Positions 50,952 to 59,310 of a DNA stretch of 64,000 nucleotides are shown here, piece by piece. This stretch comes from a virus (taxonomy: Duplodnaviria; Caudoviricetes), in the IMG/VR virus record IMGVR_UViG_3300027971_000029, positions 32,001-96,000 of that record. One strand, given 5' to 3'. The notes under the pieces were generated by a model, which was given only the letters and a program-made list of their open reading frames with translations, had not been told where the DNA came from and did no database searches. Position 1 is the stretch's first letter. Every line of letters starts with the position of its first letter. The translations under genes were made by a program, and so were the position numbers.

Positions 50952-51025
50952 TGGCAGGGGATACAAGAATCGAACTTGTACTAACAGATTCAAAGTCTGC
51001 TGTGCTACCACTACACAAATCCCCA
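50952..51025 (-). tRNA. tRNA-Gln(UUG)
   Basis: Loop CTTTGAA, U1:A72, G73. Confidence 0.9.
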
Positions 51026-51039
51026 ACAAAGCAATGCAA

Positions 51040-51088
51040 ATTTTTAAAGAACTGTAGTCAGTGTAACAGAAGTCGATGCATCTGTCAA
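51040..51088 (-). promoter_or_regulatory. tRNA operon promoter plus boxA-like element
   Basis: TTGACA-N17-TACACT (51060-51088); GTTCTTTAAAAAT (51040-51052). Confidence 0.7.
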
Positions 51089-51118
51089 GCAACCTAAGTT
51101 GCTATTTTTTACAACTAC

Positions 51119-51156
51119 AAACAAAAATCCCCTAGTTTTTTAGGCTAGGGGATTTT
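51119..51156 (-). terminator. Intrinsic terminator (attenuator 3:4 hairpin)
   Basis: AAAATCCCCTAG-N9-CTAGGGGATTTT followed by TGTTT. Confidence 0.85.
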
Positions 51157-51181
51157 GGTTTATTTTGTATTGGTTACAAAG

Positions 51182-51298
51182 TTAGCAAAATCCCCATTGT
51201 GTTCCATAATCCGCACCTGTATTAATTGAGCATGGGCGTGACTCAACCTGCCAGAGTGCGGCGGGGCTTAACTTAAAGAAATGGGATATATTTTGCAT
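51182..51298 (-). CDS. Putative attenuator leader peptide containing all 20 amino acids
   Basis: MQNISHFFKLSPAALWQVESRPCSINTGADYGTQWGFC*; ATG at the predicted +1 of the promoter at 51305-51333. Confidence 0.7.
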   Translation of the reverse strand: MQNISHFFKLSPAALWQVESRPCSINTGADYGTQWGFC

Positions 51299-51304
51299 CA
51301 TATT

Positions 51305-51333
51305 ATTATATATGTTTTTTTATTGCTTGTCAA
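51305..51333 (-). promoter_or_regulatory. Perfect consensus sigma70 promoter of the leader peptide
   Basis: TTGACA-N17-TATAAT. Confidence 0.85.
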
Positions 51334-51656
51334 GTGTTTTCTTCGGAAATATTTGGATTAATTTGTAAATTTTCTACAACATGATTCCAAACTTCTTCTG
51401 ACTGCTCATCTGCAAGTGCATTTTCCAATTCTTCCACACTTGATCCATCACGAACATCTTCCCACAATTTATAGAATGAATCATCTAAATTTTTCTGAAT
51501 GTCCTCTAGCGAACCTTCAAGATAAAACAATGCCTCATTGATATCTTCAGGTGTCGATTGTTCAACACCATTAGCGATTACTCGAAATGTTGAATAGAAA
51601 GATTTAAGGCGAATTACTTCTTGTTCTAATTGGCTTAATTGATAATAATATTTCAT
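51330..51656 (-). CDS. Hypothetical acidic protein
   Basis: ORF with SD. Confidence 0.6.
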   Translation of the reverse strand: MKYYYQLSQLEQEVIRLKSFYSTFRVIANGVEQSTPEDINEALFYLEGSLEDIQKNLDDSFYKLWEDVRDGSSVEELENALADEQSEEVWNHVVENLQINPNISEENT

Positions 51657-51667
51657 AACGATTCCTT

Positions 51668-52174
51668 TTAATTTTGCGGGCTAACATAAACATTCACATT
51701 CAGCGTTGAGCCGATTTGTGCGGGGCGATTTGTACGAACTGTCATGTATCTTCCATTGTAATCTACAGTCATATTGTATCCTTCAGGTGATGATACTGTT
51801 TGATATGTGGTAAAGCATTGTGTCTGGACTTGTGATTGTTGCGACATTGATTTATCAATCTTACCGCCAACTATTGCACCAGTCACAGCACCAATTGCTG
51901 TTGATATACCTTGACCAATACCGCCACCTACTTGATGACCAAGAATGCCACCAGCAACACCACCAATCACTGTTCCTGTAGTGCCATCACTGCTAGGTGA
52001 AACTACACTCACTTGCCTACATGATTGCGATGGGACATTCTGCATTGAAAACACAGGCTCAACACTCACAACTCTAGCAACATCATGGAACTGTAATTGA
52101 TTGTTAGGTGTCAATGCATTCTGTGCAAAGACTATACTAGGTGCAATCAACAATGCAAGAACTGTCTTTCTCAT
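51668..52174 (-). CDS. Glycine-zipper 2TM exported protein (YcfJ-like)
   Basis: Signal peptide; GTVIGGVAGGILGHQVGGG..GAVTGAIVG. Confidence 0.85.
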   Translation of the reverse strand: MRKTVLALLIAPSIVFAQNALTPNNQLQFHDVARVVSVEPVFSMQNVPSQSCRQVSVVSPSSDGTTGTVIGGVAGGILGHQVGGGIGQGISTAIGAVTGAIVGGKIDKSMSQQSQVQTQCFTTYQTVSSPEGYNMTVDYNGRYMTVRTNRPAQIGSTLNVNVYVSPQN

Positions 52175-52473
52175 ACTTCTTCTCCGATAGAAAAATTGAA
52201 ACCCTTAATAGAATCCCAGCGAAATGAACGCCATTCATCTTTCTCAACATCAAACACCGATTGTGATTCTTCACTCTTCTTGCGAGTAGAGGTTCCTTTT
52301 GGAATCATATCGAAAGGAATCAAATCTTCTTTCAGTGTAGCCTTAATCACTCGCTCACTTAAATCTTTTTTAGTGAATGTGATTGACACAACACCTTCTT
52401 GCAATATGGCTCGAAGCCAATTCTTTTCTTTTTCACTCTTAAACACAAATTCATCATTCATAAACATCTCCAT
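52171..52473 (-). CDS. WYL_2/Sm-like SH3 barrel protein
   Basis: ITFTKKD.SER...ATL..VFDVEK.EWRSFRWD. Confidence 0.75.
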   Translation of the reverse strand: MEMFMNDEFVFKSEKEKNWLRAILQEGVVSITFTKKDLSERVIKATLKEDLIPFDMIPKGTSTRKKSEESQSVFDVEKDEWRSFRWDSIKGFNFSIGEEV

Positions 52474-52841
52474 TACGATTCAGACAGATACATCTTAACA
52501 CGATCCGCATAGTTTGTCAAGTAATCTTTTATCCAATTGGGCGAAGTATTGGTCTTTCTTAGAATGCAACCATAGATGCTCATGTCAGATAAATTTTTGG
52601 CATAGACAATTGGGTCACTGAAGACTGCCTCAAAGTTTTCATCAAGAATCGGCACATTGTCATCATTGGTCTTGAACAGAATTACATGATACAAGTCACC
52701 AAAATCATTGCCCTTAACTTTCAGTCCTCTAGTCTCAGCATTGTTGAATGTGAAATACTGAAACTGTGTGCTATCATCATCCTCCGGGTCTGGTACGAAA
52801 TAGAATCCATCGTAATCGGTAGGTTTAGGATGTAATGACAT
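52473..52841 (-). CDS. Hypothetical protein
   Basis: ORF in operon. Confidence 0.55.
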   Translation of the reverse strand: MSLHPKPTDYDGFYFVPDPEDDDSTQFQYFTFNNAETRGLKVKGNDFGDLYHVILFKTNDDNVPILDENFEAVFSDPIVYAKNLSDMSIYGCILRKTNTSPNWIKDYLTNYADRVKMYLSES

Positions 52842-52986
52842 GCAGTTCCTTTTGATAGTTTTGTTTGTTCTTTGGGCGTGAATACACTTTTACACTCAAC
52901 TCTACCCGTTGGCGATATTTAGGTGTGCGTAAATCTTTTGCAACTAGGTTGCGAGGTTTTAGTGAAAGTTTCATAATGTGTGCCAT
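52825..52986 (-). CDS. ArfA-like small basic protein
   Basis: Not in ORF track. ..NLVAKDLRTPKYRQRVELSVKVYSRPKNK..; AGGTG SD; promoter 53023-53051. Confidence 0.55.
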   Translation of the reverse strand: MAHIMKLSLKPRNLVAKDLRTPKYRQRVELSVKVYSRPKNKQNYQKELHVITS

Positions 52987-53109
52987 GGCTCACCTAATGC
53001 AGTGAAATGTGTCAATATGTGTACTATAACACACATTGTGCCATTTGTCAAGCACAAAAAAAAGTGTTGTTTTTACGCAACACTTTTCTGAATGACAACT
53101 AAGATTGTA

Positions 53110-53382
53110 CTATTTTGAATTTTCGAAATGAACCCTATTGGAATCTAATACATCACACACAAAATTGATAAAAGTGACTGCATCGTTTTCCTCATTGAAG
53201 TACCTGATAAAAGTCTGCCCAGTGTGCTTAGAGGTGAATACCAATAAAATATTCTCTTCTCTATAGATAGAGAACTTGATGACCCAACCGTTTCTAAGGA
53301 TTGGGTTCCAAGTTTTCATCGTCTTACGAATATCCTGTTGAAGGATTTTTCGATAGATGAGAGATAGAGGTTCTTTCTGCAT
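53110..53382 (-). CDS. Hypothetical protein
   Basis: ORF track. Confidence 0.55.
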   Translation of the reverse strand: MQKEPLSLIYRKILQQDIRKTMKTWNPILRNGWVIKFSIYREENILLVFTSKHTGQTFIRYFNEENDAVTFINFVCDVLDSNRVHFENSK

Positions 53383-53499
53383 ACTATTATGTATGTAAAA
53401 GCAATCCTCTACTTTAGTACCATGATTTGTAACCGTGGCGCTTATGATATTCTAAACGCAACTGTCCAATTCTTTCAAAGAAGTTCCATATTTTCTTAA

Positions 53500-53658
53500 T
53501 CATATCATACCTCTGCGTTGAAGTGATATAATTCTTCTTTCAACATCTGCATGGTCAACCGATTCAGCAAGATATTTCTCAATTTCATTTCTGTAAGAAG
53601 GTGTGAATGTTTCCCTGACCCAATCCCAAAAATCTTTTAGGTTAATGGAATTGGTCAT
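53500..53658 (-). CDS. DUF3563-like small protein
   Basis: Not in ORF track. ..EIEKYLAESVDHADVE.R..LQRRG. Confidence 0.6.
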   Translation of the reverse strand: MTNSINLKDFWDWVRETFTPSYRNEIEKYLAESVDHADVERRIISLQRRGMI

Positions 53659-53659
53659 A

Positions 53660-53872
53660 TTACGCCTTTGCTGTTTTTGCGAACTTCTCTAGGGTTGCTT
53701 GCATTTGCTCAGCCAACTCTTGATTAGTCTTCACAATTTGCTTAACAAAAGCGGTTTGTGTATCAACGAAAGCATTTAGAGGTTTTTGGATTTCTTTGTC
53801 TGTGATGTAAGTATTGACAAAGTATTTTTTTGCACCTTGAACGGTGTCGATGAATGTATCTACTGCGAACAT
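53660..53872 (-). CDS. Phasin-like small helical protein
   Basis: FIDTVQGAKK.FV..LNAFVD.QT.F.KQ amphipathic helices; TGTTGCACCGCACAA upstream. Confidence 0.45.
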   Translation of the reverse strand: MFAVDTFIDTVQGAKKYFVNTYITDKEIQKPLNAFVDTQTAFVKQIVKTNQELAEQMQATLEKFAKTAKA

Positions 53873-53962
53873 ATTTTATCTCCTAAGACGATTAATTAAT
53901 GGGCCTCACAATTGAGCGCCCATATCATTATATAGTAATTCATTGTGCGGTGCAACATAAAA

Positions 53963-54718
53963 TCAGCTAATTTTGTCTTCATATTGCAATTTTGCCATGA
54001 TGTAGTCTTTCACCAATGATGAACGAACAATGTCATCTGCGGTAAACTCAATTCTAGTGAATGCTTTCATGTGCATGGCAATGTCAAAGAATTTAAGAAT
54101 ACCAGACACATCATTTTTCTTCTTGTTCAAGTCTGTTTGTCTATAGTCACCACACCAAATAATTTTTGAACGATAACCAACCCGTGTCATAACGGTATCG
54201 ATTTCTTCAAAAGTCATGTTCTGCATCTCATCTACAATAATGATAGCGTCATCGAATGACATACCACGAATGAATGAAGTACTGATGAACTCTATGTGAT
54301 GTTGCTCTTCTAGTCTGTCCCATGCATCACGGCGGCCGAATAGTGTCTCGCAAATTTGCCTGTATGGTTGTTGATAGATTTCCATCTTTTCGTTTACATC
54401 ACCCGGAAGGTGACCTATCTCACGGCTTTGCACCGCTGAACGAACTACAATGATTTTGTTGAATGGATTAGATTTGTCTAGAACTTCTTCAATTGCTTTG
54501 TATAATGCACAGAATGTTTTACCTGTACCTGCAACACCATGTAGTGCTACGAAATAATCACCTCTACGATACGCATCAAAAAATATCTTTTGATTCTCTG
54601 TTAATGGGGTAAATGTTTTTAAGTCATCAATTCTAATTTTTAGTTGGTTGGTTGTTTTGAATTGATTGGTTGTTTTGGCCGCTGTCGATTCATTGTTTGC
54701 TGTTGGTTTTCGTGCCAT
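53963..54718 (-). CDS. phoH: PhoH-family ATPase
   Basis: GVAGTGKT, GHLPGD, RGMSFDD, DEMQN, GDYRQTDL and DIVRSSLV motifs. Confidence 0.93.
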   Translation of the reverse strand: MARKPTANNESTAAKTTNQFKTTNQLKIRIDDLKTFTPLTENQKIFFDAYRRGDYFVALHGVAGTGKTFCALYKAIEEVLDKSNPFNKIIVVRSAVQSREIGHLPGDVNEKMEIYQQPYRQICETLFGRRDAWDRLEEQHHIEFISTSFIRGMSFDDAIIIVDEMQNMTFEEIDTVMTRVGYRSKIIWCGDYRQTDLNKKKNDVSGILKFFDIAMHMKAFTRIEFTADDIVRSSLVKDYIMAKLQYEDKIS

Positions 54719-55133
54719 CGATTTTTCCTATTACATGAGATTTGTGGATTTTACAAGTCACCCATGAGTTATAGTAAGACTCACTCAAAAGAGCGGAACG
54801 ATTGAAGATTTCAAAAGTCTCCATATAACTGCATTCGGACCTAGATTTGCAAAGATGTAGAATTTCCCTCCTGTATTTTTCTTTACCATGAACTGCAACT
54901 TCTTCAACTAAAACTTTATTAGAACCCCAATAGTCTTCCCATCCAGAGCCGACTCTTGACCTTTTCTTTTTGCCTTTTAGCTGAGTTGTTTTTGCTTTTG
55001 TGAAATACTTTCGACCTATATACTTTCGATTGTTATCAGTATTCGTAATCAAATATACGAACCCATAAAAACCTTCAGTTTGTTCTGATGTAAATAGATT
55101 GTCATTATATGTCCACTCATTCGTTATCATCAT
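54690..55133 (-). CDS. GIY-YIG-family protein
   Basis: GFVYLITN..RKYIGRK..YWGS..YYN. Confidence 0.8.
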   Translation of the reverse strand: MMITNEWTYNDNLFTSEQTEGFYGFVYLITNTDNNRKYIGRKYFTKAKTTQLKGKKKRSRVGSGWEDYWGSNKVLVEEVAVHGKEKYRREILHLCKSRSECSYMETFEIFNRSALLSESYYNSWVTCKIHKSHVIGKIDGTKTNSKQ

Positions 55134-55272
55134 CGTTTGTTAAAGTATCATCATCCTCAATAATGTATTCGCCGCAAAATGGGCAGTAATGAGGGTCATC
55201 CTCAGTTTCCGTCTCAACATATGAAATTCTAAAACTGGAATTGCAGTTTTCGCAAGTGTGTTTTAACTGCAT
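55117..55272 (-). CDS. Small zinc-ribbon protein
   Basis: Not in ORF track. CENC..YCPFCGE with acidic tail; AGGAG SD. Confidence 0.65.
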   Translation of the reverse strand: MQLKHTCENCNSSFRISYVETETEDDPHYCPFCGEYIIEDDDTLTNDDDNE

Positions 55273-55320
55273 ACTTTCTCCTTATAAATATACTTATATC
55301 TCTTAATTAAAGGACTTTTC

Positions 55321-55758
55321 ATGGACCTAGTTGAACTTCTCAAGCGTGTGCAAGCAAATACCTTTGCTATGTATCTTAAAACTCATAACTTCCATTGGAA
55401 TGTTGAAGGCATGTTTTTTGCACAGTTTCACGATTTCTTTGCTAATTTATATAACGAACTTTTTCTTGCTGTAGATACAATTGCTGAATTGATTCGTACA
55501 CAAGATGCATATGCTCCTGGTTCGCTTGGTCGATTTGCAGAACTTTCATCTATCCAAGATGAAAATGCAGTACCATCAGCCCGTGACATGGTTATGAAAC
55601 TTGTTGCTGATAATGACATTGTAAGAGCATCTTTGTATGATGCTTTCAATGCGGCAAATGCGGCCAATGAGCAAGGTATTGCTAATGCTTTGCAAGATAG
55701 AATCTCAGCCCATGATAAGCATGGATGGATGCTTCGCTCATTCTTGAAACAAATATAA
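55321..55758 (+). CDS. dps: Dps/ferritin-like protein
   Basis: HNFHWNVEG..F..H..D.IAE.IR..K.GWMLRS; TATAAATA at 55283-55290. Confidence 0.92.
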   Translation: MDLVELLKRVQANTFAMYLKTHNFHWNVEGMFFAQFHDFFANLYNELFLAVDTIAELIRTQDAYAPGSLGRFAELSSIQDENAVPSARDMVMKLVADNDIVRASLYDAFNAANAANEQGIANALQDRISAHDKHGWMLRSFLKQI

Positions 55759-56505
55759 TCACCAATTTTTTTGTTGCTCAAGTTTTTGAGTAGTTGGTAA
55801 TTTGGGGTTGAAGTTTATACCAGTCATAGCTTCAATCTCTTGAATTGTTACCTTATGTTTCTCTAAGTCTTCAACAGGCAAGGCTTCGTTCGGAAAGACA
55901 TAGGCAGATGCCCTATTGTTATCCAAATCAATAATCACTTTAAATAGTTTAGTTGGCACACCAACTTTGTTGCCACCAATCGTTTTGTAGTTGTGTTCAT
56001 AGATTGTTCCTGATACAACATAAACACTACCAATCTTTACAACATAGTCTCTAACTTTTGTTTCTAACTGTTTCCAAATCCCACGATTGTTATTTGGTAC
56101 TTGTGGTACCATATTTGAGAGAAAAAAACTTTCACTCATAATTTCATCTGACATTGTATTGTCACCAGCTGGCGCTAGATGGCCACGGTCATATGGATGA
56201 CCCGCATAGTCTGCTAGTTGACTTTGATATTCTCTCTTGATTTCGGGGTCTGGTCTAAAATCATTTTCTCTTTTTGATTCACCAGCGACACCCTCTAGTG
56301 TAACATGTTCAACAACATACTCTGCGGTTCTTGTATCAAATCTGTAGTGAATAGCATAATTCTTTTTGCAAAGATATTGTGACTGAGTTAATTTACTTAC
56401 TGGCGCCCCATATTTAGGAACAAACTGCGGACAGTTATCATCAATAGGATTTGCACTTGCAATACCTAATGTTAAAATGCTTATGAGTAAAAATAGTTTT
56501 TTCAT
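55759..56505 (-). CDS. Secreted DNA/RNA non-specific endonuclease (NucA-type)
   Basis: Signal peptide; DRGHLAP, NMVPQ..NRGIW..LE. Confidence 0.9.
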   Translation of the reverse strand: MKKLFLLISILTLGIASANPIDDNCPQFVPKYGAPVSKLTQSQYLCKKNYAIHYRFDTRTAEYVVEHVTLEGVAGESKRENDFRPDPEIKREYQSQLADYAGHPYDRGHLAPAGDNTMSDEIMSESFFLSNMVPQVPNNNRGIWKQLETKVRDYVVKIGSVYVVSGTIYEHNYKTIGGNKVGVPTKLFKVIIDLDNNRASAYVFPNEALPVEDLEKHKVTIQEIEAMTGINFNPKLPTTQKLEQQKNW

Positions 56506-57219
56506 TTATTTCCAATATTTTGAATAGTCTAATTTGTTCCAGTAATCTTCATTATTTCTGTTCCAAAAGTTTTTTATGAGATACCATACCATACCAAAGT
56601 ATCCCATTCTTTCAAATCTTCTGCTGTCTTGTCCGAAGTAATGTTTGACTAATTTGAATTTCTTTACATCATATTTTTTAGATAAAAAGAAGTCTTCACT
56701 AGTGCCATACTTTTCTGAGAACCCACCATACTCTTCAAATTTGTCTCGGCGTGTTAGCATAAATGCACCAACAGCAAATGGGACTTTGCGACTCATTATC
56801 TTATTCACACCATTGAATAGCATGAATCCAATCTGAGCCCTTTTATCACCATCGTAACACTTTATGTATGTACCAATTAAATCTAGATTTTTTGTCTCTA
56901 ACTCTTGCACACAATCAGATATAATTGTATCTGAGAAGAATCTCACATCACTATCAATGAATAGAATGTATGGTGTGGTAGCAAGTTTAGCGCCATTGTT
57001 CTTTGCAATAGAAACTGGTCCACCATCAATAACTTCTACATTCAATTTCAAATCTTCTTTGTAGAAATCGATGACTTCTCTTGTATCATCAGTAGAGCAA
57101 TCGGCAATGATAATTTTTGTGTTGCCAATGTTTTGTTTCTTCAGATGATACAACAGATGAAAAATATATGTTTCTTCATTTTTACATGGAACAACGATTG
57201 TAATTTTATCCTGTAACAC
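56506..57219 (-). CDS. Glycosyltransferase family 2
   Basis: IVVPCKNEE, D.STD.T, KN.GA, FIDSD and SED motifs. Confidence 0.88.
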   Translation of the reverse strand: MLQDKITIVVPCKNEETYIFHLLYHLKKQNIGNTKIIIADCSTDDTREVIDFYKEDLKLNVEVIDGGPVSIAKNNGAKLATTPYILFIDSDVRFFSDTIISDCVQELETKNLDLIGTYIKCYDGDKRAQIGFMLFNGVNKIMSRKVPFAVGAFMLTRRDKFEEYGGFSEKYGTSEDFFLSKKYDVKKFKLVKHYFGQDSRRFERMGYFGMVWYLIKNFWNRNNEDYWNKLDYSKYWK

Positions 57220-57970
57220 TATCGGTCTCCTGTGTCCATGTGATTATCTCCCAACGGCCATCGTGATGTTCTACAAGTGCTGTACAACTTTCAACCCAAT
57301 CACCATCGTTCATGTACACGACACCATTAATCTCTTTTATCTCTGCATGATGTATGTGACCACATATCACACCATCATAACCTTTTTTCTTGCAATAGTT
57401 CGCTAAGTTTTCTTCAAACTTAAAAATAAAATCAACTGCTCTTTTTACTCTTGTTTTGAGATATTTGCTAAGACTAAAATACCGAAAACCAAAGCGGTGC
57501 AGTAACCAATTGAATTTGCTATTAAGCGATAAAATAAAATCATATGCTCTGTCTCCTAAAAATGAAAGCCATGGCGCCAGCCTTGTGATGCCATCGAAGA
57601 GGTCACCATGTGTGACCAGATAGTGTTTACCATCAGCACCGATGTGTTCTATTTGATTATGTATTTCGACTAGACCAAAACTGAAACCATAAGGTATCAT
57701 TGGCCTTAAAAATTCATCGTGATTGCCAGCAACATAGATTACTCGTGTGCCTCGTTTAGCATGACCAAGCACACGGCGAACAACATTAGTATGACTTTGT
57801 TTCCAACGCCACTTGTTCTGCTGAATGCGCCATGCATCAATGATATCACCTACAAGATACAATGTCTCGCAGGTGTTATTCTTTAAAAAATTGTTGAGTT
57901 GCTCTGCTTTGCAATCTCTAGTTCCCAAATGTACATCACTAATAAAAATACTGCGATATGTTTTGTTCAT
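57206..57970 (-). CDS. LpxH-like metallophosphoesterase
   Basis: ISDVHLG, VGDIID, GNHD, HGD.FD, CGHIH and NDGDWVES motifs. Confidence 0.85.
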   Translation of the reverse strand: MNKTYRSIFISDVHLGTRDCKAEQLNNFLKNNTCETLYLVGDIIDAWRIQQNKWRWKQSHTNVVRRVLGHAKRGTRVIYVAGNHDEFLRPMIPYGFSFGLVEIHNQIEHIGADGKHYLVTHGDLFDGITRLAPWLSFLGDRAYDFILSLNSKFNWLLHRFGFRYFSLSKYLKTRVKRAVDFIFKFEENLANYCKKKGYDGVICGHIHHAEIKEINGVVYMNDGDWVESCTALVEHHDGRWEIITWTQETDSVTG

Positions 57971-58599
57971 TTTGAGTGTTCGTACATGACCGTATCTGTA
58001 TCACCCAATGCCCATTTCAAATCGGTTTCAACTGACCATTTTTTTGTTGCAACTTTAAAATCTGGCTTTTTTAATTCTCTTGGATTACTACTAGGTTCCA
58101 AAATAATTAATCGATTATTTGGCTGAGCACCAAACTGACCATTATCACACATGATGAAATTATAAGACTTGTGGTCTTCGATATCTTCAGAAAACCCTGT
58201 ATCAAGTATGTTAAAATCAGGATGAGCAGAATCAACTGTAAACATATAAACACCATATTGCCAATCTCCATTTTTTAACTTAAACTTACATTTCATTGAT
58301 TGCAACTGCGCTTTTTTAATGACAGTTATATCATATGAAAGGCAGTCCCACAATTGCAAATAGTCTAATGGCAATTCGTTTTGAATTGGTTTCCAACAAA
58401 ATGCGTGTAATGGTAGTTTGTCATACAATGCGCCATAGTTGTTTAGATATGCTTCAATACGAAATGCTTGACCTCTTAGTGACTTGATGCTAACCCACCA
58501 ACACGGCTCAAGTTCTCCATGACCTTTCTCAAAGTCATAGAGAAACTCTTTACGAACAAAACATTTTACTGGTGGTAAATTAGCAACGATATGTGACAT
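57967..58599 (-). CDS. Conserved phage hypothetical protein
   Basis: ANLPP..GALYDKLP..LQLWDC..HKS..NGQF.AQPNNR. Confidence 0.7.
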   Translation of the reverse strand: MSHIVANLPPVKCFVRKEFLYDFEKGHGELEPCWWVSIKSLRGQAFRIEAYLNNYGALYDKLPLHAFCWKPIQNELPLDYLQLWDCLSYDITVIKKAQLQSMKCKFKLKNGDWQYGVYMFTVDSAHPDFNILDTGFSEDIEDHKSYNFIMCDNGQFGAQPNNRLIILEPSSNPRELKKPDFKVATKKWSVETDLKWALGDTDTVMYEHSK

Positions 58600-58618
58600 T
58601 ATGCCTTCTTAATATTTT

Positions 58619-58936
58619 CTATACTGAAAAGCTACTGCCGCAACCACATGTTGATTTTGCATTCGGGTTTGATATCACAAATTGTGATCCCTTTAGTTTG
58701 TCTGTCGTGTAGTCGATTGTAGCAGTATCAAAATACTGCATACTCATGGCATCAACTAAAAGATTGTCGAAAACAAAGTCATCTTCTTCTTTGTTTTCTT
58801 CAAGTGTAAATCCATAATTGAATCCTGAGCAACCACCACCAGTGATAAATGCTCTCACATATTTCATGGCAGGTTCATCCAAAAGAATCTCAGTTAGTTG
58901 AGTTTTTGCGTTTTCTGTTAGAGTAATCATACACAC
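58619..58936 (-). CDS. erpA: A-type Fe-S carrier (ErpA/IscA)
   Basis: GGGCSGFNY..NPNAKSTCGCGSSF. Confidence 0.9.
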   Translation of the reverse strand: MCMITLTENAKTQLTEILLDEPAMKYVRAFITGGGCSGFNYGFTLEENKEEDDFVFDNLLVDAMSMQYFDTATIDYTTDKLKGSQFVISNPNAKSTCGCGSSFSV

Positions 58937-59310
58937 TCACATTTTAGTTGATAGTCATGTATTGCCGCTTTAATTGCATCTTCTGCAAGTATAGAGCAAT
59001 GAATCTTAACTGGTGGTAAGGCCAGTTCATTAGCAATCTCACTGTTTTTGATTTGCCATGCTTGGTCAAGTGTCTTTCCTTTGACCCATTCGGTAACAAG
59101 TGAACTTGATGCGATAGCTGAACCACATCCATATGTTTTAAATTTAGCATCAGTAATAATTCCATCTTCAACTTTAATTTGAAGTTTCATTACATCACCA
59201 CAAGCTGGCGCACCTACCATACCAGTGCCAACTGTTGGATCGTTTTTATCTAGAGAACCAACATTTCGTGGATTCTCGTAGTGTTCAATAACCAGATTAG
59301 AATATGACAT
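58927..59310 (-). CDS. iscU: Fe-S scaffold IscU
   Basis: HYENPRNVG, GAPACGDVM, FKTYGCGSAIASSS and LPPVKIHCS motifs. Confidence 0.96.
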   Translation of the reverse strand: MSYSNLVIEHYENPRNVGSLDKNDPTVGTGMVGAPACGDVMKLQIKVEDGIITDAKFKTYGCGSAIASSSLVTEWVKGKTLDQAWQIKNSEIANELALPPVKIHCSILAEDAIKAAIHDYQLKCECV

